A DNA stretch of 64,000 bases, from NCBI GenBank assembly GCA_963727775.1, contig CAVSHB010000001.1, forward strand, positions 896,001 through 960,000, in the 5' to 3' direction. The notes beneath the pieces were generated by a model. It did no database searches, was not told where the DNA came from, and saw only the letters and a list, made by a program, of their open reading frames with translations. Below are positions 9,809 to 19,267 of the stretch, in pieces. The position numbers and the translations under genes were made by a program. This DNA is from an uncultured Nitrospiraceae bacterium (lineage in GTDB: Bacteria; Nitrospirota; Thermodesulfovibrionia; Thermodesulfovibrionales; SM23-35). Every line of letters starts with the position of its first letter. The first letter of the stretch is position 1.

Positions 9809-10660
9809 TTAATTGAGTTTTCTTAAATCATCCTGATGCTGTTTTTCTATCATCTCTTTTTCATTTCTCTCTTTTCGGTTTCGAGATTCATAAATATCAT
9901 GACTTATTGAGCTATAATAACTTTGCGGAATAATCAGTAAGAAACCGCGAACAGAAGTCAACACATCAGTAGTAGTTCTCTTAATAAGATATACATTCTC
10001 GTTATTCTGTCGCTTGAAGCATGTCACGGTCACCTTAACAGGTGGCATTTTAACATTCTTGGCATAGCCATACTCAACAAACCACGTATTCCCTTCTGCG
10101 GCGTTCTCAGATAAACTTTTGTAGACATCATCATAGCTGGATATATCCGTAAATGCCATTGCAAATTTATTTTTATAAAAGATGTAATAAACGTCATCTA
10201 AATAAATGGAATAAAACTCCTCCGGTATATCACTAAAATCTACTCCTCTAAGTCCCATAAAACTGGTTATTCCAGCACCTAAACACAAAGCAATAAGGTC
10301 GGCATCGTCTACATGCTGCTGGTCTAAGAAATATTTACCTTTCCATTGAGGATTGCCAGAACAATGCTTTATTTCTTTAAAGTTCTCAAATTCAACTCCC
10401 CAAGGCACCCCTTTATAGTTGCCACTTTTTTCTTCTACCTTTCTATCTTTTTCTGTAACCAAAGGTGAGTCGACAGGTGATCGTTTTTCTTGTTCCATTT
10501 GTTGCCAAGGTACCCAATGTTCTGTTTCCTTATTCCCAGTTTCTGTCTGCGACTGTTTACATGCAGTGAGACCTAAGAACATCATTGACGCACACAAAAC
10601 TGTAAGCATGAAATTACCATATGAGAAGAACCAGTTTTCTTTACCACAGTCTGTTTTCAT
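9809..10660 (-). CDS. putative lipoprotein
   Basis: Hydrophobic N-terminus with lipobox LTAC. Confidence 0.6.
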   Translation of the reverse strand: MKTDCGKENWFFSYGNFMLTVLCASMMFLGLTACKQSQTETGNKETEHWVPWQQMEQEKRSPVDSPLVTEKDRKVEEKSGNYKGVPWGVEFENFKEIKHCSGNPQWKGKYFLDQQHVDDADLIALCLGAGITSFMGLRGVDFSDIPEEFYSIYLDDVYYIFYKNKFAMAFTDISSYDDVYKSLSENAAEGNTWFVEYGYAKNVKMPPVKVTVTCFKRQNNENVYLIKRTTTDVLTSVRGFLLIIPQSYYSSISHDIYESRNRKERNEKEMIEKQHQDDLRKLN

Positions 10661-11114
10661 CTGTCCTTTTCATGTCCCATCCAAATATTTTAGCATTAGA
10701 TCTTTCTATAGTTTCTCTACACCACTTTTATTTAATTTATCCGATGTCAATTTCCACATTTGTCCTCTCTTATATCAGTTCCATTCATCTTTTGTGCTTT
10801 CATTTATCCTTCGATTAATGCTTTAATTTACATATTTATGTAATGAATCTGCAATGTTTCTACTGCTAATATTATCACCTTTTTATTCCACATTTCATAC
10901 TATATACATTCGTTCTTTTTGTCCACCTTTTGAAAACTTCTTGCTCCACTTTGAGCCTTTGGTTACTGTAACAATAATGTAACAGAAATTGTCTCTCTTT
11001 ACCTTAAAATATAGAAAATAGCCTAAAGGATGGAATGAAAAAACTCTTTAAAAATAAATAATTTATGTTAAAATCCAGATAGAAGGCCCAGGTACAAAAT
11101 TTATTGTTTTTGTT

Positions 11115-11158
11115 CTCTCAAGGCTAAAACACGGGTTCGAATCCCGTTGGGACCGCCA
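11115..11158 (+). mobile_element. island attachment site: 3' half of tRNA-Glu(CTC)
   Basis: CTCTCAAGGC...GGGTTCGAATCCC...CCA gives anticodon loop, T-arm and CCA, with no 5' half. Confidence 0.85.
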
Positions 11159-11413
11159 ATAAAAACAAAGGTTTACACGATTTTAGCCGGAACATTTTCA
11201 TCCGACCGTGAAGCAAACGCGAAGGTGAGTTTTGAGATGAGACTTCTTAACGAGTCCACATTGAGGTGCATAATGTAATTACAGAAATAGAAATTTAGAC
11301 TTGATCTTTATGAGACCTCAATTAGGAGATGTTAGATACATCTCCTTTTTCTTTAAGGTAGTAATTTGAATGATGAAGAAACAAGCGTGCGAGGAGCAAA
11401 GATACACTAATAC

Positions 11414-11899
11414 TCACTTTTCGTTGGCTTTTTTGAGAACTTCCTTATAGATTTTATCGCTCAGTCTGAAGTTTTTATGCTTGAGCTCATCAAGCAAAGG
11501 TTTGATCGAAGAGATTAGTCTGAGTTGTTTTGCCAACAATAAAATCCCGGCAAGCCCAATTATGTTGAACCCGGCAGAAGTTGCCGCAGTCCTGGCTCTC
11601 TCATCATCAATGATAAGCCAGTCAGCATTTAATTCCTTTCCAAGTACCAAGACCTCTGCTTCGCCCTGTCCAATTTCCGCAATAAACATTTCAACGGTAC
11701 GCCGATCTTTAATTGTCTTCCTTTTAATCCACTTAGAATTCAGTATTTCCTTGACTCCGGGCCTTCCTTTACCTCCGGTAACAACTTCATTGAAAACCGC
11801 ATCGGGAATGTAAACTTCTCCGCAGATTTGGTTTAGAAGCTCGATTTTTCTGATCTTGGCGAGCCCGATCAGGACAGTAGAATCGCAGACAACTTTCAA
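11414..11899 (-). CDS. PIN-domain protein (DUF3368-like)
   Basis: VVCDSTVLI, IPDAVFNE, GEAE, IIDDERAR. Confidence 0.85.
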   Translation of the reverse strand: MKVVCDSTVLIGLAKIRKIELLNQICGEVYIPDAVFNEVVTGGKGRPGVKEILNSKWIKRKTIKDRRTVEMFIAEIGQGEAEVLVLGKELNADWLIIDDERARTAATSAGFNIIGLAGILLLAKQLRLISSIKPLLDELKHKNFRLSDKIYKEVLKKANEK

Positions 11900-12186
11900 C
11901 TTTTCAGAGCCTTCTTAAGCCTTTCCGAACTTTTCAACTCTTTCTCTAACTGTTCTTCGCTGTAATCTATGACGGCAACATTATTTTCCCCGAGAAACTC
12001 GATAAATTCCCACATCGAAAGACCTGATAATTCCGCAGATTTCCCCAGCGATAATATTTTGTCCTTATAGCATTTGAGGGCCAATAGTTTTTTTGTTTCC
12101 TTCGATATCATTTCTTTTGACAGACCATGAGAAGATAAGGTCTGGTAAAGGTCTTTCGGTAAATCTATAACCGCTTTTACTGCCAT
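11896..12186 (-). CDS. UPF0175-family antitoxin-like protein
   Basis: LSLGKSAELSGLSMWEF; own GGAGG RBS before ATG 12186; overlaps the PIN gene. Confidence 0.8.
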   Translation of the reverse strand: MAVKAVIDLPKDLYQTLSSHGLSKEMISKETKKLLALKCYKDKILSLGKSAELSGLSMWEFIEFLGENNVAVIDYSEEQLEKELKSSERLKKALKS

Positions 12187-12828
12187 GACCGCCTCCAGTC
12201 TTTTAGTGAACCGATTTAATAAATCATAACATTTCACAAGAAAACTTAAAACACCTTTTGGTATTAAGAGTCCCGACTGAATAAAATTTCTTAGCTGGAT
12301 CTTTTTCCTGATTTCTTCTTTTATATTCTCTAACGGTATCATCAACCAATTAAACCCGAATGACATTGCATCACTCGATGCTTTTCTAATTCTTTCTCTA
12401 ACTTCGGTTTCTTCTCTGCCGGATGTATATTTATAGTAGGTCTCTTCCGAAGAGAAAATTTCAAACGCCTTCAAATAGTATTTGCTACTTTCTTCCTGCA
12501 TCATGTCTGCAAGCTCCAACATCAGTGCAAATATATTTTTCTCCTTCTTAACTTCTTTCCTTATTTCCCTTAATTGTTCCTCTTTTACTGGTTTATCCAT
12601 AACGATGCCTAAATCAATGAAAGCATCCTTAGCGGTATCACGTTCATATATCGATGCAAGACTCGGAAAGCCTTCAATTTCCAACGTCCTCAGATTCCTA
12701 TCGTATAACGCGAGATAGCCTTTATTTCCGGGGAGTTGGCTGATAGTGAGAAATTCTAAGTAGAATTTTATGAATTTATCAAAGGTAGGATCAATTTTTT
12801 CTTTCCAAGAACGGGTATTAGATGCCAT
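12187..12828 (-). CDS. hypothetical protein, probably truncated, running in frame into the UPF0175 gene
   Basis: N-terminal ~213 codons of the 310-aa ORF; no recognisable motif. Confidence 0.4.
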
Positions 12829-13158
12829 GCCGAATTATATCAAATCTGAGATTAGCAGCGAAATTTAGTTTGCGGAGTACACCCCGCAAAAATCAGTATA
12901 TGATCCAAATAAATATATCAAAAAACTAACTATATAACTCTAACCAACAGGAATAAAAAAGAAAGCAATAAGACTTAATAGAACCCACAGGCAGAAAAAG
13001 AAGAAATGTCTACGGTCTGATTCTTCTCCAGGGTGGGGAATATCAAAGTACCGCCACTTATCAAGAAGGTTTTCAATAAAAAAGCCAATAGTAATTGTTA
13101 AACAGAAACCAGTAATAGCCCAGAAAGCTAACTTTTCAAAGAAAGTATGACACCCCGT

Positions 13159-13200
13159 TCTCAAGGCTAAAACACGGTTCGAATCCCGTTGGGATCGCCA
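13159..13200 (+). mobile_element. second, slightly degenerate tRNA-Glu 3' fragment (att site)
   Basis: Near-copy of 11116-11158 with one G missing and one substitution. Confidence 0.8.
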
Positions 13201-13277
13201 ATTAAATCAAGCGGTTTACAGCGATATTGCGCATTCTCTCATTTCCGATTGTAGCCGATTTGTTTCACCTGATACAT

Positions 13278-14228
13278 CTACCCATGTTTCAATGTAATGA
13301 AAAAATCAGGTATGTATTCGTTAATTGTGCTTTTGATGTGTTTTTCCCATTTACCCGGTAGTGTGTCTAAATAGGATAAAGCTTTTTTAAGCATATCCGG
13401 ATTTTTCATTATTCCTCTTAAGAGACCGGCAGCCTGCATAAGGTCTTTCTCTTTTTTATCCTTTGTCTTTCTTTTCTGTGATACCAGAATTTTGTGGAAA
13501 GCTAATGTCCAAGGGTTCGGTACAAAATAAACATAATCCTCTTTCCCCATTTTTAAGGGTTGTTCAGACAACATCTGCAGGTACCGTAAAGGAGTTGCTT
13601 TTATTTTTAACGCACGTATAGGTACAGCTTTGTCAGAACCCTTGCCTTTTTCAGGTGTCAGAAACTCAACCTTAAATATACCGTTTGTAAAGTAGGTGGA
13701 ACCATCTGGAGCGAACCCTATCGAAAAACCCATAGGTTTTAGCATTGATTCAACATCGGTTTCTTTTCCCTTATACGGGATATTCAGCATAAAATCTATA
13801 TCCTGGGTCTTAATTGTGGGCAGAGTAAATCCTAGTTCATCTTGCATAACAGGCATACAGTAAGAGCCGATGAGAATTGATTTAATTCCGTGCTGAGAGA
13901 ATATTTTTATTATTTCTACGGCAGTAACCTTCTGTGTATTAATTGCCTTTGCTATAACACGAATATTGCCCAGGATTTCTTTTTTCTGTTTTTCCAGTAA
14001 CTGTCTTCTATTGATAGCCTCCAGAAGTTCAGAGGGCACCGCACCGCCCAACGAAACGGACTTTACCTTCCTGCCCTCCCTCCACTGCCGGTAATAGTAT
14101 GTTGATTTGCCGATTTTTTTTGCAGAGATGTTTCCAGCAGGTAATTCCTTGATATCTTCATTTATCCGGGCAAATTCTTTGATAAAGTATATATAGTTTT
14201 CCTGTAGGGTTTTCTCCACGACGCTCAT
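13278..14228 (-). CDS. nucleotidyltransferase-fold protein (GSU2403-like) with N-terminal YYY beta domain
   Basis: LIGS, TQDID, VEFL, FHK, KKEKD. Confidence 0.7.
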   Translation of the reverse strand: MSVVEKTLQENYIYFIKEFARINEDIKELPAGNISAKKIGKSTYYYRQWREGRKVKSVSLGGAVPSELLEAINRRQLLEKQKKEILGNIRVIAKAINTQKVTAVEIIKIFSQHGIKSILIGSYCMPVMQDELGFTLPTIKTQDIDFMLNIPYKGKETDVESMLKPMGFSIGFAPDGSTYFTNGIFKVEFLTPEKGKGSDKAVPIRALKIKATPLRYLQMLSEQPLKMGKEDYVYFVPNPWTLAFHKILVSQKRKTKDKKEKDLMQAAGLLRGIMKNPDMLKKALSYLDTLPGKWEKHIKSTINEYIPDFFITLKHG

Positions 14229-14431
14229 AATTAACTACATATTAACTACAATAAGATAATAAGTCAATAATGTAGTTAAAGAAATATAATGCTGAAAATG
14301 AAGAGAATCTATGTGCTTAAAAAGGCAGAATCAACGTTTGTCGTCTATGCGTAATAGAAAGAAATCAAGGACTAATGTAGGAATAAACTACATAGCGTCA
14401 ACATATGCCGACTGCCATGGGGAGACTCAAA

Positions 14432-14917
14432 TTATCCTTCTACGATGCTACGGTCATCCCACATGAACCAATTACCAGTATCCGAGAGGAATGAGTAAGT
14501 GTCCTGGAAAATGGCAAAGTGCTCTTTTTCATCCTTGATAAGACATTCAAAAAAAATCTTCTCCGCAGTATCCTTAGCCTCGGCAGCGGCTTTCTGGTAA
14601 AACTTAATTGTTTCTTCTTCCATCTTCATCGCCGTTTCGAGGGCCTGCAGTTCGTCGGTCGTTGCGGACACTCGCTGCAACATGGCTTCTTTGTTCTGCT
14701 CAAAGAGCGTTTTCATGTCTTGCAAGGGGGTCGTTTCAGTGGGTTTAATTTCCTGTCCCTGCGTAACCTTGGTCGCACAGGCGAGATGGTATTGTTCATC
14801 CTCAACAATACTAAGGAACATCTTCTTTCCGACAGGATTATTCGTTTTCCCGGAGCACTTCGTGTAGAAATCAATAGCTTCCTGCTCCATTTTTATTGCC
14901 GTTTCAATAGCGTTCAT
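14432..14917 (-). CDS. rubrerythrin/ferritin-like protein
   Basis: Paired E...FY and ExxH diiron motifs. Confidence 0.85.
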   Translation of the reverse strand: MNAIETAIKMEQEAIDFYTKCSGKTNNPVGKKMFLSIVEDEQYHLACATKVTQGQEIKPTETTPLQDMKTLFEQNKEAMLQRVSATTDELQALETAMKMEEETIKFYQKAAAEAKDTAEKIFFECLIKDEKEHFAIFQDTYSFLSDTGNWFMWDDRSIVEG

Positions 14918-14999
14918 TGTTCTCCTCCTTATCTACTACCTCAGAGACTGTAATAATTGAGGTCCTCTATATTAAGATTATTTAACCAGGACAAAATTT

Positions 15000-15437
15000 T
15001 TACTTCAACTCCCCGGCTTCAGCTTTCCCCAGTTCAATTTTTGCCGTTGCAAGTTTCTTATAATATTTCCGGGCTTTTTCCATATTCTTCGCTGTAATCG
15101 CTTTTAGAAGATCGCCTTCAACCTCCGCGATTTCGAGACGCTTGTAATAATCAAGCATTTCCATAAAGTGGGCCATGACAATCTTCCCGGTTAGCACAGG
15201 ATGATTATTCGTAACGTTATATTGTTTGAACATCAAGCCGTGTTCTAACTCGACTTCAAGTCCAATTCTGAAGTCTTCCAGAGGGATCTTCATTTTTTCA
15301 GTATTTACATGTGGCAGAATGATACGAGCCTCTTTCAAAGTAACCTGTGGTTTATTTAATTTTGTCCAGTCTCTGATCTTCAATTCTTTGCAAATTCTAC
15401 TTACCTCCTGGATAGAAATGTATTCCGGCAATTTCAT
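15000..15437 (-). CDS. DUF5661-like protein
   Basis: GLEVELEHG...TGKIVMAHF...DYYKRL. Confidence 0.7.
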   Translation of the reverse strand: MKLPEYISIQEVSRICKELKIRDWTKLNKPQVTLKEARIILPHVNTEKMKIPLEDFRIGLEVELEHGLMFKQYNVTNNHPVLTGKIVMAHFMEMLDYYKRLEIAEVEGDLLKAITAKNMEKARKYYKKLATAKIELGKAEAGELK

Positions 15438-15527
15438 GAAACCCTCCTTTGGTTTAGTATATAAATAGAATCGCTGAGGCAATTAATCCTTTTCTTGCCT
15501 CAGGTAAGAGCTTTTTCAATCAGCCCA

Positions 15528-15719
15528 TTAATATCGAACTCCTTGCTCTTTATATCCGCAACCCTCTTCTACAAACATTGATTTAGCCGCGCCACAGACG
15601 GGACAAACCCAGTCATCCGGCAATTCCTCAAAAGGCGTCCCTGGTTTGATCCCGGAATCAGAGTCACCTTGCGCAGGATCATAGACATAACCGCAAGCTG
15701 TACACACATATTTTACCAT
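15528..15719 (-). CDS. rubredoxin
   Basis: [10 protein letters not shown]...WVCPVCGA. Confidence 0.95.
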   Translation of the reverse strand: MVKYVCTACGYVYDPAQGDSDSGIKPGTPFEELPDDWVCPVCGAAKSMFVEEGCGYKEQGVRY

Positions 15720-15741
15720 TCGCCTTCCTCCTCCTTATGTA

Positions 15742-15993
15742 TTATAGTCCTATTGCTCGCCTGATTTCTGTTTCTTCAAAGCCGATGATGACTTCATCCC
15801 CAATAATAATCGTGGGAAAGCTGCACTCCGGATTGAACTTCCTCACATCTTCAAGAACAGCTATCCTTTCTTCATCAGGGAGCAGATCAACATCTGTAAA
15901 TTCATACTGAATAGCACATTCGTTCAACAACTTTTTGGTGGCCTTACAGTGAACACAGGTACTTAAGGTATAAAGTTTAATGGGTTTTTGCAT
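15742..15993 (-). CDS. glutaredoxin-like protein
   Basis: CVHC, SFPT, IGF; own AAGGAG RBS. Confidence 0.85.
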   Translation of the reverse strand: MQKPIKLYTLSTCVHCKATKKLLNECAIQYEFTDVDLLPDEERIAVLEDVRKFNPECSFPTIIIGDEVIIGFEETEIRRAIGL

Positions 15994-16542
15994 TCTATCT
16001 CCTTCTATGCTATTCTTTAAAAATTCTTTCCATCGCTTATATACTAAGACCTGTTCTATGAAGTTTTCTCGCAGGTCCGGATTATGCAGCCTCCTATCAT
16101 CTATGACCGGGATCAATGGAAAATAACGCATGAATGCTCCACCAAATATGCCCGTGCCCTTATTACTTGGCATCCCCGAGGAAGTATAGACTTTAATGCC
16201 GCTTATCCCGGAACTTGGCGACTTACTCTTGAAAATAAAACCGCAGAGATCCTCCTTTTCAAGCCGTCTTAATTTATCCTCAGCCCATTTTTTCATGCCC
16301 TTGGTATGGTCAACACCGGTTCTTACCGTTACAATACGGGGTGAGGCAGGATCACCGATCAGATGCATTGGTTCTCTTGGTACAGGAAGACCATATTCTA
16401 CTTCCGGACATACCGGAAACCATTCAAAATAATGCCCGAGCGTATCCGTTATCTATTGATCGAGCTTGTGTCCGCCGTCATACCGAACTTTTTCACCAAG
16501 GAGACAAGTACTTATTCCGATTTTGATCTTTTGCACGAGCAT
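15994..16542 (-). pseudogene. DUF523 / 2-thiouracil desulfurase family pseudogene
   Basis: ISTCLLGEKVRYDGG, VCPEVE, KSKSPS; in-frame TAG at 16453-16455; 3' end runs into the glutaredoxin. Confidence 0.75.
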
Positions 16543-16567
16543 GTTCCGGAAGTACAAGCAAGAAAAC

Positions 16568-16807
16568 TTATGCTAACGGTCCGTTATCGTCTTCAGCACT
16601 ATCTTCTTTCGTTCCCATTTCCTCAAGCGCCTTGCCGATTTCTTTTTGTGTGGCCTTCAGGCCATCCTTGCAAAACTTTATCAACTCAGATGCCCTTTTC
16701 ACCTTTGCCGTAAGAACATCGACGTCAACTTCTCCGGATTCTATTTCGCCGACAATTTCTTCAAGTTCGGTTATGGCAGAAGTATATGTCAGTTTATTCT
16801 TCTTCAT
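16568..16807 (-). CDS. xseB: exodeoxyribonuclease VII small subunit
   Basis: ELEEIVGEIESGE pattern; overlaps xseA. Confidence 0.9.
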   Translation of the reverse strand: MKKNKLTYTSAITELEEIVGEIESGEVDVDVLTAKVKRASELIKFCKDGLKATQKEIGKALEEMGTKEDSAEDDNGPLA

Positions 16808-18134
16808 TAATTCTCTCCACCCTGCTTCTTATTGACCCCTGGTATAACTTTGTCTGTATTATATCCCATTCGGATAATTCAGAGACGCGCGTTATCGCTT
16901 TGTTATTCAGGTAGGTTATACTGTATCCCCTTTTCAAAACGTTAATAGGGTCAAGCAATCTTATGTCCTGCTCTAAATGTTTTATTCTATCGGCCTGAGT
17001 CTGTAATAATGATTTCACCGATGAACCCAATTTGTTCCTATCAATATCGATTCTGTTGCTGCCGGCAATGACAGTCCGATTAGTCCCGTTGATCAAGCGA
17101 TGGATGGCTGTATGGAGCCTTTTATCCTCTGTGTGAAATCTCCCACCCGTGATGCGGGCGAAACTCTGGACGATACTCTGAAGCCTGTGATTTTCTTCCT
17201 TCATGAAGTCTTTGGTCCTATGTATCAATCTTCGCTCCAAGTCCGATAGATTTTCCTCAAAAGTCCTGCAGCCGTCAATGATGAACCCCGCAACAGCGGT
17301 CGGCGTCTTCAGCCTTGTATGCGCGACAATATCGACAACCGTGTCATCTCTTTCGTGCCCGATGCCTGTAATAACCGGCAAGGGGAACTTTGCCACTTCG
17401 GCAGCGAGCCTGTAGCTGTCAAAACAGCTCAGGTCCACCTGGGATCCCCCACCCCTGATGATTACCACAATATCGTAAAGACCGGCTTTCCCTTTGATAT
17501 TGGACAATGCCGAGATGATGGACTCCTCTGCGTCCCGTCCCTGCATGAGGGACTGATACAGCTCATGATATATCCTGTAGCCGTAAGGATTGTTTTCTAT
17601 ATGGTTTATAAAGTCTCCGTAGCCCGCTGCGGTTGAAGATGACACAACGGCGATCCTTTGCGGGACTAACGGCAGGGACAGGGTTTTATTGAGATCCATG
17701 AGGCCTTCCTTCTTCAGTCTCTCTATGGTCTCTTTCTTTTTCTTTGCCATCTCGCCGAGTGAATAGGTGGGGTCGATGTCTTTGATGTTTAAGCTCAGGC
17801 CGTAGACTTCATGAAACGTAACGTCCGCCGAAAGCAATACCTGCATCCCTTTTTTTAATGTTTCTCCGGTAGCCATCTCGAATCTGTGGGAGATATTCCG
17901 GTAGGTGTATGCCCATATGTTTGCCTTCATCTGGGCTATCACGGAATCATCCTTTTTTTCTACGAGTTCAAGATAACAATGCCCTTTTGTGTTACCCCGA
18001 ACTTCCGATATTTCGGCAATGACCCACACGGCCTCAGGGAAAGTAAGTTCAACTGTTTCTCTGATTGCGGTATTGAGTTCTGAAAGACTGTATGTATGAT
18101 GATTTTGAAAAAGGTCTTCGGGTAAATTCGCCAT
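16794..18134 (-). CDS. xseA: exodeoxyribonuclease VII large subunit
   Basis: GHCY, RGGGS, TGIGHERD, TPTAVA, RGYSI. Confidence 0.95.
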   Translation of the reverse strand: MANLPEDLFQNHHTYSLSELNTAIRETVELTFPEAVWVIAEISEVRGNTKGHCYLELVEKKDDSVIAQMKANIWAYTYRNISHRFEMATGETLKKGMQVLLSADVTFHEVYGLSLNIKDIDPTYSLGEMAKKKKETIERLKKEGLMDLNKTLSLPLVPQRIAVVSSSTAAGYGDFINHIENNPYGYRIYHELYQSLMQGRDAEESIISALSNIKGKAGLYDIVVIIRGGGSQVDLSCFDSYRLAAEVAKFPLPVITGIGHERDDTVVDIVAHTRLKTPTAVAGFIIDGCRTFEENLSDLERRLIHRTKDFMKEENHRLQSIVQSFARITGGRFHTEDKRLHTAIHRLINGTNRTVIAGSNRIDIDRNKLGSSVKSLLQTQADRIKHLEQDIRLLDPINVLKRGYSITYLNNKAITRVSELSEWDIIQTKLYQGSIRSRVERINEEE

Positions 18135-18701
18135 CTATCTGCCCAATATGTGATCTAAAATATCGCTCAGATTGTTAAAGAGCCTGAGGTCGTTGTTTGC
18201 CAATCCCCTGTTCCACGGGAACAATAATCCTGTCCCCTTGGCTCCACTCGCTAAAGCCTTTTCCAGCACATCCGGAGAGTCATCTATCACGACATCGACG
18301 GCGCCAAACAGGTCGGTCTTATGAAATGAAAGGTGCAGCTCATCATATACAAGCCCATGATTTTCAAGCCACTTCCTGGTCTGTTTCCTGTAATCGGGGG
18401 ACCTATGGCTCGCTATCGTGATGTGATAATCGTTTTCCCTGAGCTTGATTAGAAAATCTCTGGCTTCGGGATAAGGCAAGAAGCCGTCGCTGTCCTGATT
18501 AAAATGAATTACATTTACAGCTCTATAAAAATCCTGCTCGGAACAATATCCCTGCCAGAGGTCCCAGTCTGTCCAACCGTCCGGCGCAGGGAAGTTCTCA
18601 TTGACCCTCTTCAGTTCCTCATAAAGCGCGTCGCAAAACTGCCACAAGGTGTTATCTATGTCAACGATTGCCGTCTTATGCATTTTATATCTCCAATCCA
18701 T
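18135..18701 (-). CDS. HAD-family 5'(3')-nucleotidase-like hydrolase
   Basis: DIDNTL, IDDSP, PWNR. Confidence 0.8.
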   Translation of the reverse strand: MDWRYKMHKTAIVDIDNTLWQFCDALYEELKRVNENFPAPDGWTDWDLWQGYCSEQDFYRAVNVIHFNQDSDGFLPYPEARDFLIKLRENDYHITIASHRSPDYRKQTRKWLENHGLVYDELHLSFHKTDLFGAVDVVIDDSPDVLEKALASGAKGTGLLFPWNRGLANNDLRLFNNLSDILDHILGR

Positions 18702-19267
18702 TTATTAATAATATAAACCAAAAAGCCTTATAATTGTATTTATCAGGCGGTACGATCAAGCAGGGTCTTGAGATGGTTCTTAGGAGGTATCAATTGAGTA
18801 ACAGAGTCTGTCCCTGGTGGTTAGGTTATTTGTTGGCGAGTCCATTGAGACGTTTTTTGCAGGACCCCGAAGGGATTGTGAGACCATATGTTAAGGAAGG
18901 CATGAGTGTCTTGGATATCGGCTGTGGCATGGGATTTTTTTCTTTACCATTGGCGAAGCTGGTGGGCGAGACAGGCAAAGTTGTCTGTCTCGATTTACAG
19001 GAGAAAATGATTAAAGGTCTCATAAGGAGAGCTCAAAAGATCAGATTATCTGACAGAATTGACGCGCGAATCTGTCTTCAGAACTCTCTTGGGGTGAGTG
19101 ACATTGCCGGTAAAATCGATTTCGCGCTGGCCTTTGCGTTAGTTCATGAGGTGCCTGATAAGGAACGTTTGTTTACCGAAATATACAATACAATGAAGCA
19201 GACTGCAGAATTGTTGGTGGCAGAGCCCAAGGGACATGTATCAAAACCGGATTTTGAGAAAACCGTT

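Noticed and set aside
11115..13200. Functional tRNA genes
   Set aside because: Both copies lack the 5' acceptor strand and D-arm
15742..16368. Genuine DUF523-glutaredoxin fusion protein
   Set aside because: The glutaredoxin has its own RBS and the upstream part is a pseudogene
16453..16455. Pyrrolysine or TAG readthrough in DUF523
   Set aside because: The gene is also 3'-truncated and no pyl genes are seen; a simple nonsense change is more likely
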